Source: Octopus sinensis (taxonomy: Eukaryota). Taken from it: DNA of 64,000 bases. A program made the position numbers and the translations under genes. The stretch covers positions 6,014,001-6,078,000 of the forward strand of contig NC_042998.1 in NCBI RefSeq assembly GCF_006345805.1, in the 5' to 3' direction. Numbering within the stretch: the stretch's first letter is position 1; every line of letters starts with the position of its first letter. The notes beneath the pieces are model-generated. The model was not told the DNA's origin. It saw only the letters and a list, made by a program, of their open reading frames with translations, and did no database searches. This document shows positions 40,810-53,505 of this stretch, piece by piece.

Positions 40810-40975
40810 GAAATACGGCCGCCTCCGATTGGGAGAGGAGCGGCCTGTTCCGAGTTCAAGAGTAGATCGAGGCTGTCAACGCCCCCGGGGCGTCCAGTCA
40901 TTCACTTTACCGGACGGAATTGCATGTCATTCTCCCGCTGGTGCTAGCTATCCTGAGGCAAACTTCGGAGGGAAT
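40810..40975 (-). pseudogene. Isolated 28S (LSU) rRNA fragment, divergent
   Basis: Reverse complement reads TTCCCTCCGAAGTTTGCCTCAGGATAGCT...TCCGGTAAAGTGAATGA, close to the remembered conserved eukaryotic LSU segment TTCCCTCCGAAGTTTCCCTCAGGATAGCT...TCCGGTAAAGCGAATGA. GC-rich island in AT-rich DNA. Confidence 0.75.
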
Positions 40976-41275
40976 CGAAATAGTTTATGCAAGTTTCCAG
41001 TGCAATACCAAATATGCATTTATATTCTTGCAATGTGTAAGGTAATTAATTTTATGTTGTTAGGGAGAAAAATACAACAGCATCCTTGCATATTATTTTC
41101 CTTGCCAGAGAAACTCCTTTCTGCCAAGAACTACAATTGGTTTTTCTAATTCATTTATAAAACGGATCAAAATGATATATCCATTGTAGAACCATCATGG
41201 AACATTATCTTCCCTTTTTTTTCTTGACAAAGTACCAAAGTTCATTGCATTAAACTGTTCTCTGGTTTTCTCATA

Positions 41276-41689
41276 GGCGCAGGAGTGGCTGTGTGGTAAG
41301 TAGCTTGCTAACCAACCACATGGTTCCGTGTTCAGTCCCACTGCGTGGCATCTTGGGCAAGTGTCTTCTACTATAGCGCCGTGCCAACCAATGCCTTGTG
41401 AGCGGATTTGGTAGACGGAAACTGAAAGAAGCCTGTTGTATATATGTATATATATGTATTTGTGTATATGTTTGTGTGTCTGTGTTTGTCCCCCTAGCAT
41501 TGCTTGACAACTAATGCTGGTGTGTTTACGTCCCCGTTACTTAGCGGTTCGGCAAAAAGAGATCGATAGAATAAGTACTGGGCTTACAAAGAATAAGTCC
41601 TGGGGTCGATTTGCTTAACTAAAGGCGGTGCTCCAGCATGGCCGCAGTCAAATGACTGAAACAAGTAAAAGAGTAAAAGAGAGAGAGAG
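41276..41689 (+). mobile_element. SINE family A
   Basis: Full-length, GGCGCAGGAGTGG head to GTAAAAGA tail. Confidence 0.9.
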
Positions 41690-42255
41690 TGCAAAATTAA
41701 ACACCCCATATTGCTATTTGTTTGTTTTATATTCTAAGTATGGTTTTGTGGTTAAAAAGGTCGCTTAGCAACCAGCTTATGGTTTTGGGATTCAGTCCCA
41801 GTGGGCAGCACCTTTGACAGATATCTTCTACAGCAGCCTCTTACTGATTAATGTCTATGAGACATACACAGACAGACAGACAGACACGTTTATATGTTTG
41901 TCCCCCACCATTACTCGACAACTAATGTTAGTTTGTTTACAAACCCATAACTTAGCAGTTGGTAAAAGAGATCAATAAAAGAAGTACCAAGCTTAAAAAA
42001 TTGATTTGTTCAACTAAACTCTCCATGGCAGAGCCCCAGAAACGCTTCAGCTCAATGGCTGCTACAAGTAAACAATAAAAGATAGCAGATTGCATGATAT
42101 TTCCATTCAGGGTCTCCATATTCTCAAATTTTCCATCTCATCAAATCTAATGTTTTGTTCTGAAAAAATTGAAATGTTTGTCAAAATGGATAGGTTGTGT
42201 TCCTCATTGGCTCTGATTACAAGGTCTTTGCATTGATCCCTTTATGAATCTAAAT

Positions 42256-42599
42256 CAGTGGTTCTCAACAGGGATCAATATGGCCCCTGGGGGTCCGTAT
42301 AAGATTTTAGGGGTCGATGCAACAAAATACTAAATTGGGGATCCACTGTAGCATTTCAATGGTTCCTGAAAATATTTAGCTTTAGATGTATGTATTGGTA
42401 TGTATTGCAAGAAAGAGCTTGGTTTTTTTTCTCTAACATTTTACATACTTCAACCTACACAAGTGAATGTGTGAAAAATGAAATGGGAATTTTGAAAGAA
42501 GTTTCTATAAAACTAGTCTTTAAACATCGAATAGCCATAGGGGTACACCAGAATAAAATAGTAATCAAAGGGGTCCATAGATTTGGCTGAGAAACCCTG
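42256..42599. mobile_element. hAT (Charlie-like) MITE
   Basis: TIRs CAGTGGTTCTCAAC / GCTGAGAAACCCTG and a perfect 8-bp TSD ATCTAAAT (42248-42255, 42600-42607). Confidence 0.88.
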
Positions 42600-42815
42600 A
42601 TCTAAATGAACATGTTCCATCACAAATACAAGTGATATATATGGTTATGATTGTTATATAACAAATGCTGTGTATATATGCAACATATTTTCCATTTTGA
42701 TTTAAGAGTAAGTTATTCAGTCATGAAAGATTAAGTCAATGAGAGAACCTTTACATAATATGTTCAACTTTCTAGAAAGAACAGCCAAAGTTATCTCAAA
42801 TTGCAACATACTGTT

Positions 42816-43082
42816 CTACATAAGAACAGGAGATACTGCAGTCCCTCCCCTATTGAAAAAGAGGAGGATGGTCACAATCAGAATGTTCTTGATTATAAAC
42901 AGCAAGAACAAATGCGAGTCAGCAAAAAAGCCTTAGCTCAGAATGCTGGAAATACCAGCCAAACTTTCTCATCTCCCACACTACAGTCTTACAAAAGGAA
43001 GGATGTACTAAATGATGCAGTACTAGAATATACTGATACTGAATAAACAAGACGGTCAAGACTGCAATTCCTTTGATCATAG
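42816..43082. repeat. 267-bp segment duplicated at 44904-45170
   Basis: Ungapped alignment, offset 2088, about 13 mismatches counted by eye. Confidence 0.9.
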
Positions 43083-43112
43083 TCTCTAGTATGAAGGTTA
43101 ACTAAGGGTTAA

Positions 43113-43733
43113 CCCATTAGCTTTTAGACTGGCCAGAGCTGACCCAATTATTCTATCGATTTTATGTCCTAACTGGTCAGATCTGACCTCTCACGCCTAC
43201 CTTACTATGTCATTCTACAAACAAACAATCATCATCATCATCATCGTTTAATGCCCGTTCTCCGTACTAGCATGGGTTGGACGGTTCGACCGGGGTCTGG
43301 GAAGCCAGAAGGCTGCACCAGGCTCCAGTCAGATCTGGCAGTGTTTCTACAGCTGGATGCCCTTCCTAACGCCAACCACTCCGCGAGTGTAGTGGTTGCT
43401 TTTTACGTGCCACCTGCACAGGTGCCAGGGAGGGGGGGTCTGACATCGGCCACGATCGGTTGGTGCTTTTAACGTGCCACCGGCACGGAAGCCAGCCAAG
43501 GCGGCGCTGGCATCGGCCATGTTCGGATGGTGCTTTTTATGTGCCACCGGCACTAGAGCCAGTCGAGGCGGCGCTGGCATCAGCCACGTTCGGATGGTGC
43601 TTTTTTATGTGCCACCGGCACAGAAGCCAGTCGAGGCGGCAAAACTCAAAGCTGCAATAAAATGCATTATTAACCCAAAACAATGCAAATAAATAAGAAT
43701 TGTGTTTGACAGAGTAATCTGAATACGAAAGGG
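43113..43733. mobile_element. TTAA-flanked MITE P2 with a nested RTE 3' end (about 43226-43640)
   Basis: TTAA-CCCATTAGC...CGAAAGGG-TTAA ends enclose the insert. Confidence 0.72.
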
Positions 43734-44510
43734 TTAAACAGCAATAACATGTGAAAATATTGCACAAGTCAGAGATGAAGAAGCCCATTGTTTGTTATCT
43801 TTTTATGCCAACTGCAAACACTAACGCTGACATTAATTTCTTGTGTAGTTATTTAGCCTTTGTAGTTTGTATAATTAGCATCAAGGAATTGATTCTGCAT
43901 AGTTATTATAGAACTTATGTCTCTGACTGCAGCCAAGAGCTTTTCTGCTATTATTGACTTCCATACTGGCTCTCTTTACCTCTGTTCAGTCTTGTAGATC
44001 ACTGATCAAGTCAAAACATTTTTCTCCATTTGTTTCGATGTTAATGTATTTTTATCAAAGTCTTTCTTCTTAAGTACAAAATATCATATTGTTTCCTTAG
44101 ATAGAGAAAAGCAAACACAATTATTTCCTTTAATATGTTTATCAGTTCCCTTTGTTCTCTTTTGAGCATTTTTCAAACTCTACTACATCTACTTTATAAT
44201 AGTTGTCTACTTGTATCACACTTCAGCTTCCTAGTATCATATTGTAAGTAGACAGTTATCTATTATCTTTTCCAGACATTCTTTCAGTTATTACACTGCT
44301 CAGTATTTATTCACAGTAAGAAAAGAAAATTAAAAAAAAAACAAAACAAAAATTTTATGTCTCTGGAAAATTATACTCCTAAAAATTATAAAAATGTGAA
44401 ACCGGTTAAATGCATTACTGTAGATATAAAACTTCTCGTATACTCTCAGTGCAATCTCAACTTCTGTACTACTAGTTGTAAAGATCAGTTGTTATCATTA
44501 TTATATATAT

Positions 44511-44905
44511 TCTCTTTTACCCTTTTACTTGTTTCAGTCATTTGACTGCGGCCATGCTGGAGCACCGCCTTTAGTCGAGCAAATCGACCCCGGGACTTAT
44601 TCTTTGTAAGCCCAGTACTTATTCTATCGGTCTCTTTTGCCGAACCGCTAAGTGATGGGGACGTAAGCACACCAGCATCGGTTGGCAAGCAATGCTAGGG
44701 GGTCAAACACAGACACACAAACATATATATATACATATATACGACAGGCTTCTTTCAGTTTCCGTCTACCAAATCCACTCACAAGGCATTGGTCGGCCCG
44801 GGGCTATAGCAGAAGACACTTGCCCAAGATGCCACACAGTGGGACTGAACCCGGACCCATGTGGTTGGTTAGCAAGCTACTTACCACACAGCCACTCCTG
44901 CACCT
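44511..44905 (-). mobile_element. SINE family A
   Basis: Full-length reverse copy. Confidence 0.9.
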
Positions 44906-45383
44906 ACATAAGAACAGGAGATACTACAGTCCCTCCCCTATTGAAAAAGAGGAGGATGGTCACAATCAGAATGTTCTTGATTATAAACAGCAAGAACAAA
45001 TGCGAGTCAGCCAAAAAGCCTTAGCTCAGAATGCTGGAAATACCAGCCAAACTTTATCATCTCCCACACTATAGTCTTACAAAAGGAAGGATGTACCAAA
45101 TGATGCAATCCTAGAATATACCGATACTGAATAAACAAGACAGTCAAGACCATAATGCCTTTGATCATAGGGAGTATAACTTCAAACCAAGGGAAAAATT
45201 CAATTTAGTTTTAAATCAAATTTCACAATATAAATATATAATTTATATAAATTAGAGAAAAACCACTATTATGCAATTCAAACAATGATAGACATAAACC
45301 AAATCATAAATAAAAAATATTTTCTAAAACCTATAACTAGATCACAAAAAGTAAAAAAATAAATAAACAATATATAATAAGTA

Positions 45384-45422
<39 letters not shown>

Positions 45423-45433
45423 ATATATATATA

Positions 45434-45837
45434 GGCGCAGGAGTGGCTGTTTGGTAAGTAGCTTGCTTACCAACCACATGGTTCCGGATTCAGTTCCACC
45501 GCGTGGCATCTTGGGCAAGTGTCTTCTGCTATAGCCCCGGGCCGACCAATGCCTTGTGAGTGGATTTGGTAGACGAAAACTGAAAGAAGCCTGTCGTATA
45601 TATATATAAGTGTGTGTGTATATGTTTGTGTGTCTGTGTTTGTCCCCCTAGCATTGCTTGACAACCGATGCTGGTGTGTTTACGTCCCTGTAACTTAGTG
45701 GTTTGGCAAAAAGAGACCGATAGAATAAGTACTGGGCTTACAAAGAATAAGTCCTGGGATTGATTTGCTCGACTAAAGGCGGTGCTCCAGCATGGCCACA
45801 GTCAAATGACTGAAACAAGTAAAAGAAAGAATAAAGA
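45434..45837 (+). mobile_element. SINE family A
   Basis: Full-length, preceded by (TA)n. Confidence 0.9.
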
Positions 45838-46799
45838 ATATTTTCCTCCTAGATAGCATTGCATGAAAACATTGGGTTTCAAGTCATGTTATTAGAATGT
45901 AGGATACACGCATTTCTGTGTTCTTTCTTATCGTCAGGTACAAACACCAAATCTGCTCTTCACAGCTTGAGAAGTACAATTTGTGCTTAATAGTCTTGAG
46001 AGAAAATTCTCCTCTTAGACAACGCATGAAACACATTCAGCGGCGAATAGCATCCTTGGTGTTCTCACGTTCAAGTGTATCTGAGCATGTTAATATGACA
46101 CTACATAAATATATTTAATTTCTCAGTGGTTCATGTAGCAGTAGTGGTGGTAGTATGGGAGCATGCTCTGTAACAGTATGTTGCTGCATCCAGCATTTAT
46201 TGGTGATTCCCTACTACACCTGGCAGATGACACCTTTGAATCCCTCAGGGGAAAAACCTCCAACATATGGGTCTGTTTGGGGAGTCATTGCTGAAGAGGA
46301 TTTTACAAGGTTGGAGTGCAAATCTTAGCTCAACCTATTAGTTATCTTTTATGAGAGGCAGAGGAAATGTTGGGTTTATTCTTAGACATGCTGGTTTCCA
46401 CACAACACAAAAACAACATGAAATAAAGTGTCTTGCACCACGATGCCCAGTGCAGGAATCGAACCCACGATCTGACAGTTGTGACTGCAATACTCTAACC
46501 ACAAGGCCACACTTCATGTGACAATATTTACTTAATTCTAGCTTTCTTAAGCTTTATGCAATCAACAAGCCTACTGCTTGGTGTTTAGATAATTGGGCCG
46601 TGAAGGGCAGATTTGTGTTTGTAGCTGATGATGTGATGGAACAGAGAAATGCATGTGTATTAAAATCCAGTGGAAGGTCTTCAAATATAACATTATAAGG
46701 ATATATTTTCTCCAATGCTGTTTTGTGCAACAATATCAATTTAACTCTAGCTTGACCAAGATTGACACATGTCAACAAATGTATAGTTTACTGTTTTAA

Positions 46800-47019
46800 C
46801 CTTTTCGTTACCAACTCGGCTGAAACCGGCCCTAGCTCTGAGTACAAATGTCTTGTTTTCATAAGTTTTGAATTAAAATCTTCCACCAAACCTCAGCCAC
46901 AATTTATGTTCCTATCACTAGCTTAATGATAACTCAGTTATTTCGCTAAATTCTTTGTTATATTTAAAGTAATTGAAAGAAACACAGAGCATCTCAAAAT
47001 AAATACAGTAACGAAAGGG
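46800..47019. mobile_element. TTAA-flanked MITE, family P1 (opposite orientation)
   Basis: TTAA-CCTTTTCGTTAC...GTAACGAAAGGG-TTAA. Confidence 0.85.
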
Positions 47020-47221
47020 TTAATAGGAACAATTCAATTTTATTGCGCTGTGAAAAGCAGTTTTGGCATCCATAGCAGACAATGCAAAAATGCATGAATC
47101 CTAAGATCCAATGTCATCATTCACAGCTGAATGCATTTTTGGACATGCCCATTAGGAGGAGAATGTTCTATCAAGACTATTTTCGCAGTAGTTCTTCTCA
47201 TGTCCAAGTGTACATACATGT

Positions 47222-47455
47222 TAAGTAGTTGATAGATTCCGTTACCTAGGTGACAAAGTCAGTAGCAGAGGTGGATGCTCTGAGAGCATAGCTGCTAGAA
47301 CAAGAATAGCCTGGACAAAGTTCAGGGAGCTCCTGGTTCTGCTGGTAACAAAGGGCCTCTTGCACAGAGTGAAAGGTATGATGCCTGTGTGTGAACAGCC
47401 ATGCTACATGGCAGTGAAACATGGGCTGTGACTACTGAGGACATGCATAGGCTTA
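47222..47455 (+). mobile_element. RTE LINE internal fragment
   Basis: VVDRFRYLGDKVSSRGGCSESIAARTRIAWTKFRELL...MLHGSETWAVTTEDMHRL. Confidence 0.8.
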
Positions 47456-49288
47456 CTATTATTATTATTGCTGTTGTTTTTGTTATTGTTGTTGTACAAA
47501 ATTTCAAGCCTTGTGCCTATGGTAGAAACAGTTGTTGTTGTTGTTATTATTATTATATTATTATTATTACTAAAGTGGTGAGCTGGCAAACATGCTTCAC
47601 GGCACTTTGTCTGTCTTTACATTCTGAATTCTAATTCTGCCGAGATCAACTTCACTTTTTATCCTTTCAGGGTCAATGAAATGATAGTAGCTGAGCACTG
47701 GAGTCAATGTAATTAAATTTCAAGTTTTGTACCTATAGTACAAAGGACTGCTGTTTTTGTTGTTGTTCTTCTTCTTCTCGAGATTATAATTATTATCATT
47801 ATTATTATTATTATTATTATTAAGGTGGCGAGCTGGCAGAATCATTAGCATGCTGAGTAAAATGCTTAGTGACATTACATCCATCTTTACGTTCTGAGTT
47901 CCAATGCCACCATGAAGAATTTAATCCCCTCCCCCAAAATTCAGGCCTTGTGCCTATAGCAGAAAGGGTTATTATTATTATTATTATTATTAATATTATT
48001 ATTATTAACAGTATCCAGGTTCAGACTGCATTGTTATTTAGTTATTCAGTCAAGAACATCATTCAAGAAACCTTTGTTACTTAGAATCCAAAAGGATTTA
48101 TCTGTCCAAATCTCAAGAGTACAAACATGCAATAAAATGTAACTTTAGAGAGGTAGAATTCAGTGCAATTCCATGAATTCTAAGGAACACAAGGCTTGGC
48201 CACCAATTGTTATTGATTTTACATTCGCATTCAATTCAACGAAACAGGATTCAAATTCAGAAATGTTCATCAATGACATGTTTGTAAATTATGCAGTCCT
48301 CTATTTCCCACCCTACCAAACATGTCCATAGTAAAACTAATCCCAGTCAGGTTAGAAGCAAGATTTAAAGACAAAAGTCTAAAGAAACTCGTAACAATAT
48401 CTGTGCTTCTGTTATATTTCCATTGCTCTCTCTTATTCCCTATCTTTCCCTCCTTTTTTCTCAAAGTTTACAGAATACAATTATTAATAACGTGTTTTTT
48501 AAAAAACTCAAGAGCATTATGCTGCAGATTTATAGCTCCCAGACCTAAATCTTGTGCATGACAATAAGCTTTCTTACACTCCCAAGTTTGCAAATTATTC
48601 TACTTCTTTCTTCACAATGAGCCGTTAGCATTAGCAATTATTGTAAACAACAATGTGTCAAATGCAAGTGTCTAAATTTGCATACAGAAACATTTATAAA
48701 GCTTTTTAAAAGATAGAAAAACAATAAAATAAAAGAGAGAAAATGGATGTTGGTTGATTTATTATGTATAATAATAAATTTATATATTTCTCTCGAGCAG
48801 AAGATAATATCAAAATAGTTCTTTTGGTAACATCTAAATGCCTACAAAGTCAACATTGAAATGGGTTTCCTTGAAAGAAATTTAACAAGATGTTAACAGA
48901 GCCAAAAGAAATATTTTCGTAAATGATGTTTTTTCGGTCCCTGCCTCTGTGTATGTTTTCTCGTTCATGCAATAAAGGATCCAATCTTTCACCATTAAAA
49001 CAAGACATCCTAATATTACACTGACAATAGAAAACCTGAAAATACAAAGTTATGGAAGCTGAATGTCAAAGGGGTTAAATGGAAGACCTATATGATAAAG
49101 GGTTCAAACTCCATCTTCAGTCATGTGTATCAATAAAAAAAATTAAAAAAACACTCTATAACTAATTTCAGTGCCCTTATTCATATATATATAATTTTGT
49201 ATTTATCCAACCATACATAAAAATAACCCTATAGAATTAGAACTCTATTTACAATGTTCCAGCCTGTGGAAACTGGTTTAAAAAGTGA

Positions 49289-49712
49289 CTCTCTTTACTC
49301 TTTTTCTCTTTTTACTTGTTTCAGTCATTTGACTGCGGCCATGCTGGAGCACCGCCTTTAGTAGAGCAAATCGACCCCGGGACTTATTCTTTGTAAGCCC
49401 AGTACTTATTCTATCAGTCTCTTTTGCCGAACCGCTAAGTGACGGGGACATAAACACACCAGCATCGGTTGTCAAGCAATGCTAGGGGGACAAACACAGA
49501 CACACAAACACATACACACACATATATATATATATATATATACATATACGACGGGCTTCTTTCAGTTTCCGTCTACCAAATCCACTCACAAGGCATTGGT
49601 TGGCCCGGGGCTATAGCAGAAGACACTTGCCCAAGATGCTGCGCAGTGGGACTGAACCCGGAACCATGTGGTTGGTTAGCAAGCTACTTACCACACAGCC
49701 ATTCCTGCGCCT
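49289..49712 (-). mobile_element. SINE family A
   Basis: Full-length reverse copy. Confidence 0.9.
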
Positions 49713-50260
49713 ATTTATTTCTTAAAAATTTACTTTGGAGATGGGCCAAGCACATCCTCTCGTTTAGCATTACCATCAAAGCTCCTTTAGTAGAATCTGC
49801 TCCGTTGCAAGATTTGAGACTCATGGTTCCCCCATATCGATATATTTCCTGTAGAATGAAGGATCTGGTGATGCTTAAGCTACATACAGACCACATCTGT
49901 TTCATAAGTCTGCGAGGGACTCAAATGTTTCGGAATAGTCCTTTGGTACCAACCTGCCTGAGACTGCCTTTGGGGCAGTAATACAAACTTGCTCTTTAAA
50001 GAAACCTACATTAAAACTATACATAACAATTTTTGTTCCAAACACCATTTTAATAATGACAAAATTATTTTATTAAATTCTTCCTTACTTTCAAAATTAA
50101 ATGAAACAAAGTTAGTGTATCTCAACAGAAATATGGTAATAAAAGGATTAAAACAGCAACCCCCCACCCCCAAAAAAACTTTAATAGGAGGAAAGGGTGA
50201 TGGTACTCATAAACTTAACTGTTCTCTCAGACTGGTGAGGTTGACAGCGATATTGTTTAA

Positions 50261-50481
50261 CCCTTTCGTTACTGTATTTCTGTTGAGATGCTCCGTATTT
50301 CTTTCAATTAATTTAAATATAACAAAGAATTTAGTAAAATAACTTAGTTATGATTAAGCTAGTGTTAGGAATAGAAATTGTGACTAAGGTTTGGTGGAAG
50401 ATTTTAATTCAGAACTTATGAACACAAGACATTTGTACTACAGAGCCAGAGCCGGTTTCAGCCGGGTTGGTAACGAAAGGG
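50261..50481. mobile_element. TTAA-flanked MITE, family P1
   Basis: TTAA-CCCTTTCGTTAC...GTAACGAAAGGG-TTAA. Confidence 0.87.
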
Positions 50482-51274
50482 TTAATCTAGTCTTGCATTG
50501 GTTCATGATTCTAGAGAAGCACATGATCAGGAATGGTGTCCCAGTTCTGGAGATACAAACGAATTAGTTAATTTGATGCATGAAGAAGAGAAGTGAGGTA
50601 AAACATGGTAGGGATGACAAGAAGATGAAAAGCTGATGTCTTGGGTGATACACAACCTGCTATTTTCAAGAAATAAGAAGCATTTTGTTAGCAACAGAAG
50701 GAACAGTGGGACAATATATCAATTAATGGATGAGTGGTTGTCCTGTGCTAATGAAGGAACATTTTCTTGGTCACATCCAAAACAAGGAGGCATCTTTTTA
50801 ATGTAGGATGCTTTGTTGCTTTGCTTTGGATGTGGTTTAGAATGTTTGCACCTGTATAAATTACATCAGCCCAAATATGCAGGTGACACACCTAAAGGAA
50901 ATTGAAATGACACTGATAGTGTAGAGTAATTAAAACCAGCGCTTCAGAGATTGAGAGGATAAGATATGGAGATCAACGAGATGAATATCAAACCAACGAG
51001 GAAGCCTCATCATGTTGGATCAACCTATTAAAAATAACAATCAATATTTTGACACACCATGTTGTATGAAACGAGAAAAAAAAAAACGTGTGATAGGCTA
51101 CAATATTTTCGACTACAGATCTGCTTCATTAGGGCTGACATGAGGCCAAGCAACAAGCCAATATGCCAAGAGTGAAATCAATTAATCATGACTCTCTTTA
51201 TAATGTTCACTTTGGCAGTGGTATCAAGTCAAAATTAATCTTTACCATTAACAACAACAACGAAAATAATAATA

Positions 51275-51678
51275 GGCGCAGGAGTGGCTGTGTGGTAAGT
51301 AGCTTGCTAACCAACCACATGGTTCCGGGTTCAGTCCCACTGCATGGCATCTTGGGCAAATGTCTTCTGCTATAGCCCCGGGCTGACCAATGCCTTGTGA
51401 GTGGATTTGGTAGACGGAAACTGAAAGAAGCCTGTCGTATATATATGTATGTGTGTGTGTTTGTGTGTCTGTGTTTGTCCCCCTAGCATTGCTTGACAAC
51501 CGATGCTGGTGTGTTTACGTCCCCGTCACTTAGCAGTTTGGCAAAAGAGGCCCATAGAATAAGTACTGGGCTTACAAAGAATAAGTCCCGGGGTCGATTT
51601 GCTCGACTAAAGGCGGTGCTCCAGCATGGCCGCAGTCAAATGACTGAAACAAGTAAAAGAGTAAAGAGTAAAGAGTAT
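51275..51678 (+). mobile_element. SINE family A
   Basis: Full-length, inserted in (AAT)n. Confidence 0.9.
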
Positions 51679-51919
51679 AGTAATAATAATAATATTATCC
51701 TCATCACCATTGTATTTGTAAATATTGTTTTAATCTACGGAGGTTAGCTAAAATATCCAAATCATTACCATATCACCGTTCTCTTCATCCTCTTCATCCC
51801 CACAAAACGATGACTGATATTAGACATGCTTCAGAATATGTAATGTTGCTTGCTGTATCTCTGTTTTGCTTTACTGACACTGTGGTCTTCAAATGAAATA
51901 AATTTAACTAAACTGATGA

Positions 51920-51921
51920 CA

Positions 51922-51968
<47 letters not shown>

Positions 51969-52001
51969 GATGATGATGATGAAGACGATGATGATGATGA
52001 T
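51920..52001. repeat. (GAT)n microsatellite
   Basis: Direct inspection. Confidence 0.9.
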
Positions 52002-53168
52002 GTTTCTATTTTTTTTATAACGATAAAAAAAAGAGAGCATGTTCAATCCCTGTTGATAACCGAAATTAAATTTCACTCACATCAATTTTATAGCTGGCTA
52101 ATAAAGATTAAAACAGAAAATATAAAGATGAGGATGAGGATGATGAAGACAACCAGCTGAGTCTACCTAATATATCTGACCTAAAACTAAAAGGCAGCAA
52201 TTATTAAAAGGAAGAACCTATTTAAGAATTTACCAAAAAAAATAATAAATAAATGAAACCAGGTCACACACACTGTCCTACAAAATACAAGATCACATAA
52301 AAATTATATTAACGATTCTGTTATATCTACTTTAAATAATATGGTCTGTCTCTGAGCGATTGAATAAGATGCATAAACCCAATTAGAAAATTGCAGTAAA
52401 ACTGCTTTCTTTAGTAATAAAAGTTCACTTTTATCAATCATACTTGTTTCTTTCATTTTCTGCTTTTTCAAAGTTTTTTTTGTTTTTTGTTTTCAGCCAA
52501 GTAGACGACAGAGAGAGAGAGAAAAAAAAAAAGGACAAGTGATTTTAGCCAGTCGATGGAATTACTACACAGTATGCATTAACATCCGAGCAGCCTGCCA
52601 CCAGGGGGTAGAACTGCATGAAGTAAGTAATAGCAAATTTTCAATGAAGTTTCAACTTACCTCTTGAACTTAATGGAAAACTATCGACATAAACTGACCT
52701 TGTGCGAAGAATAGATTTCAAAACTATTGAATAAGTAGGGCAAAAATAAAGTGGGCATTCTTATTTGCAACATCACTTAACAATAGCTATAAAACATAAA
52801 ATGGACAAACAGATCCAAGCCTGCTACCTTCCTGTCTGGTGTCTTATGGCTTAGAGCTTTTTTCAGTTTTCTTTAGTAGTTTGCTTCTGTTCTTTTGGAG
52901 AACAAAACCGTTAGTAAATGGCATGCAATCCAAAAATACAATAAAATTGGAATGCAGCTTAACTAAGTATATTGGTAAATTCAGTTTTATTTCATTTCAT
53001 GACTTTCACACATTTACATACATATAAAAATGATGCGTATGTGTGTCTTTGTAGTGGCAAATTACACACACACACACATATATATATATAAATTTATAAA
53101 TAAGGATAATATCGATATTATCAAGTGGCCAGCATGGGAAAAAATACCATACAAAGGTAATAATTTTT

Positions 53169-53217
53169 TATAACTAAAAATAAGGGTGTCTCTCAGACAC
53201 CCTTATTTTTAGTTATA
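53169..53217. repeat. Perfect 23-bp hairpin (3-nt loop)
   Basis: TATAACTAAAAATAAGGGTGTCT-CTC-AGACACCCTTATTTTTAGTTATA. Confidence 0.95.
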
Positions 53218-53505
53218 TATATATATATATATAATAGTTATCGCCATACTAATATGGCATTCTTATAAAAATAAGAAAAAAGCTGTCCGCTTATTAGCTC
53301 CATGAGGCCATCGCCTTAAGTTAGCTATTTGATACACAAACTGTATCCATATAACCTTCGAACAAGGGAGGTCAGTCGCTCCACACTACTTGACCGGCAG
53401 CTACAGACGCGTTTCGGGGTATTGCCCCTTTTCAATTCCACCGAAACTAGGTAAATGAAACCATCGAACAGAGATTGTCGGAAGCGACACCTACTGGCTG
53501 GCTAC

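Noticed and set aside
43380-43640. Repeat-spacer pattern resembling CRISPR
   Set aside because: The linkers are homologous to each other and the block is the 3' UTR of an RTE LINE found many times in the window.
49469-49981. Recurrent ORFs such as MSSNARGTNTD..., MTTDAGVF..., MLGGQTQTH...
   Set aside because: Chance frames through SINE family A copies, with inconsistent frames and stops among copies.
52595-52612. CTCF-like motif GCCACCAGGGGGT
   Set aside because: A single imperfect match in 64 kb is expected by chance; no supporting context.
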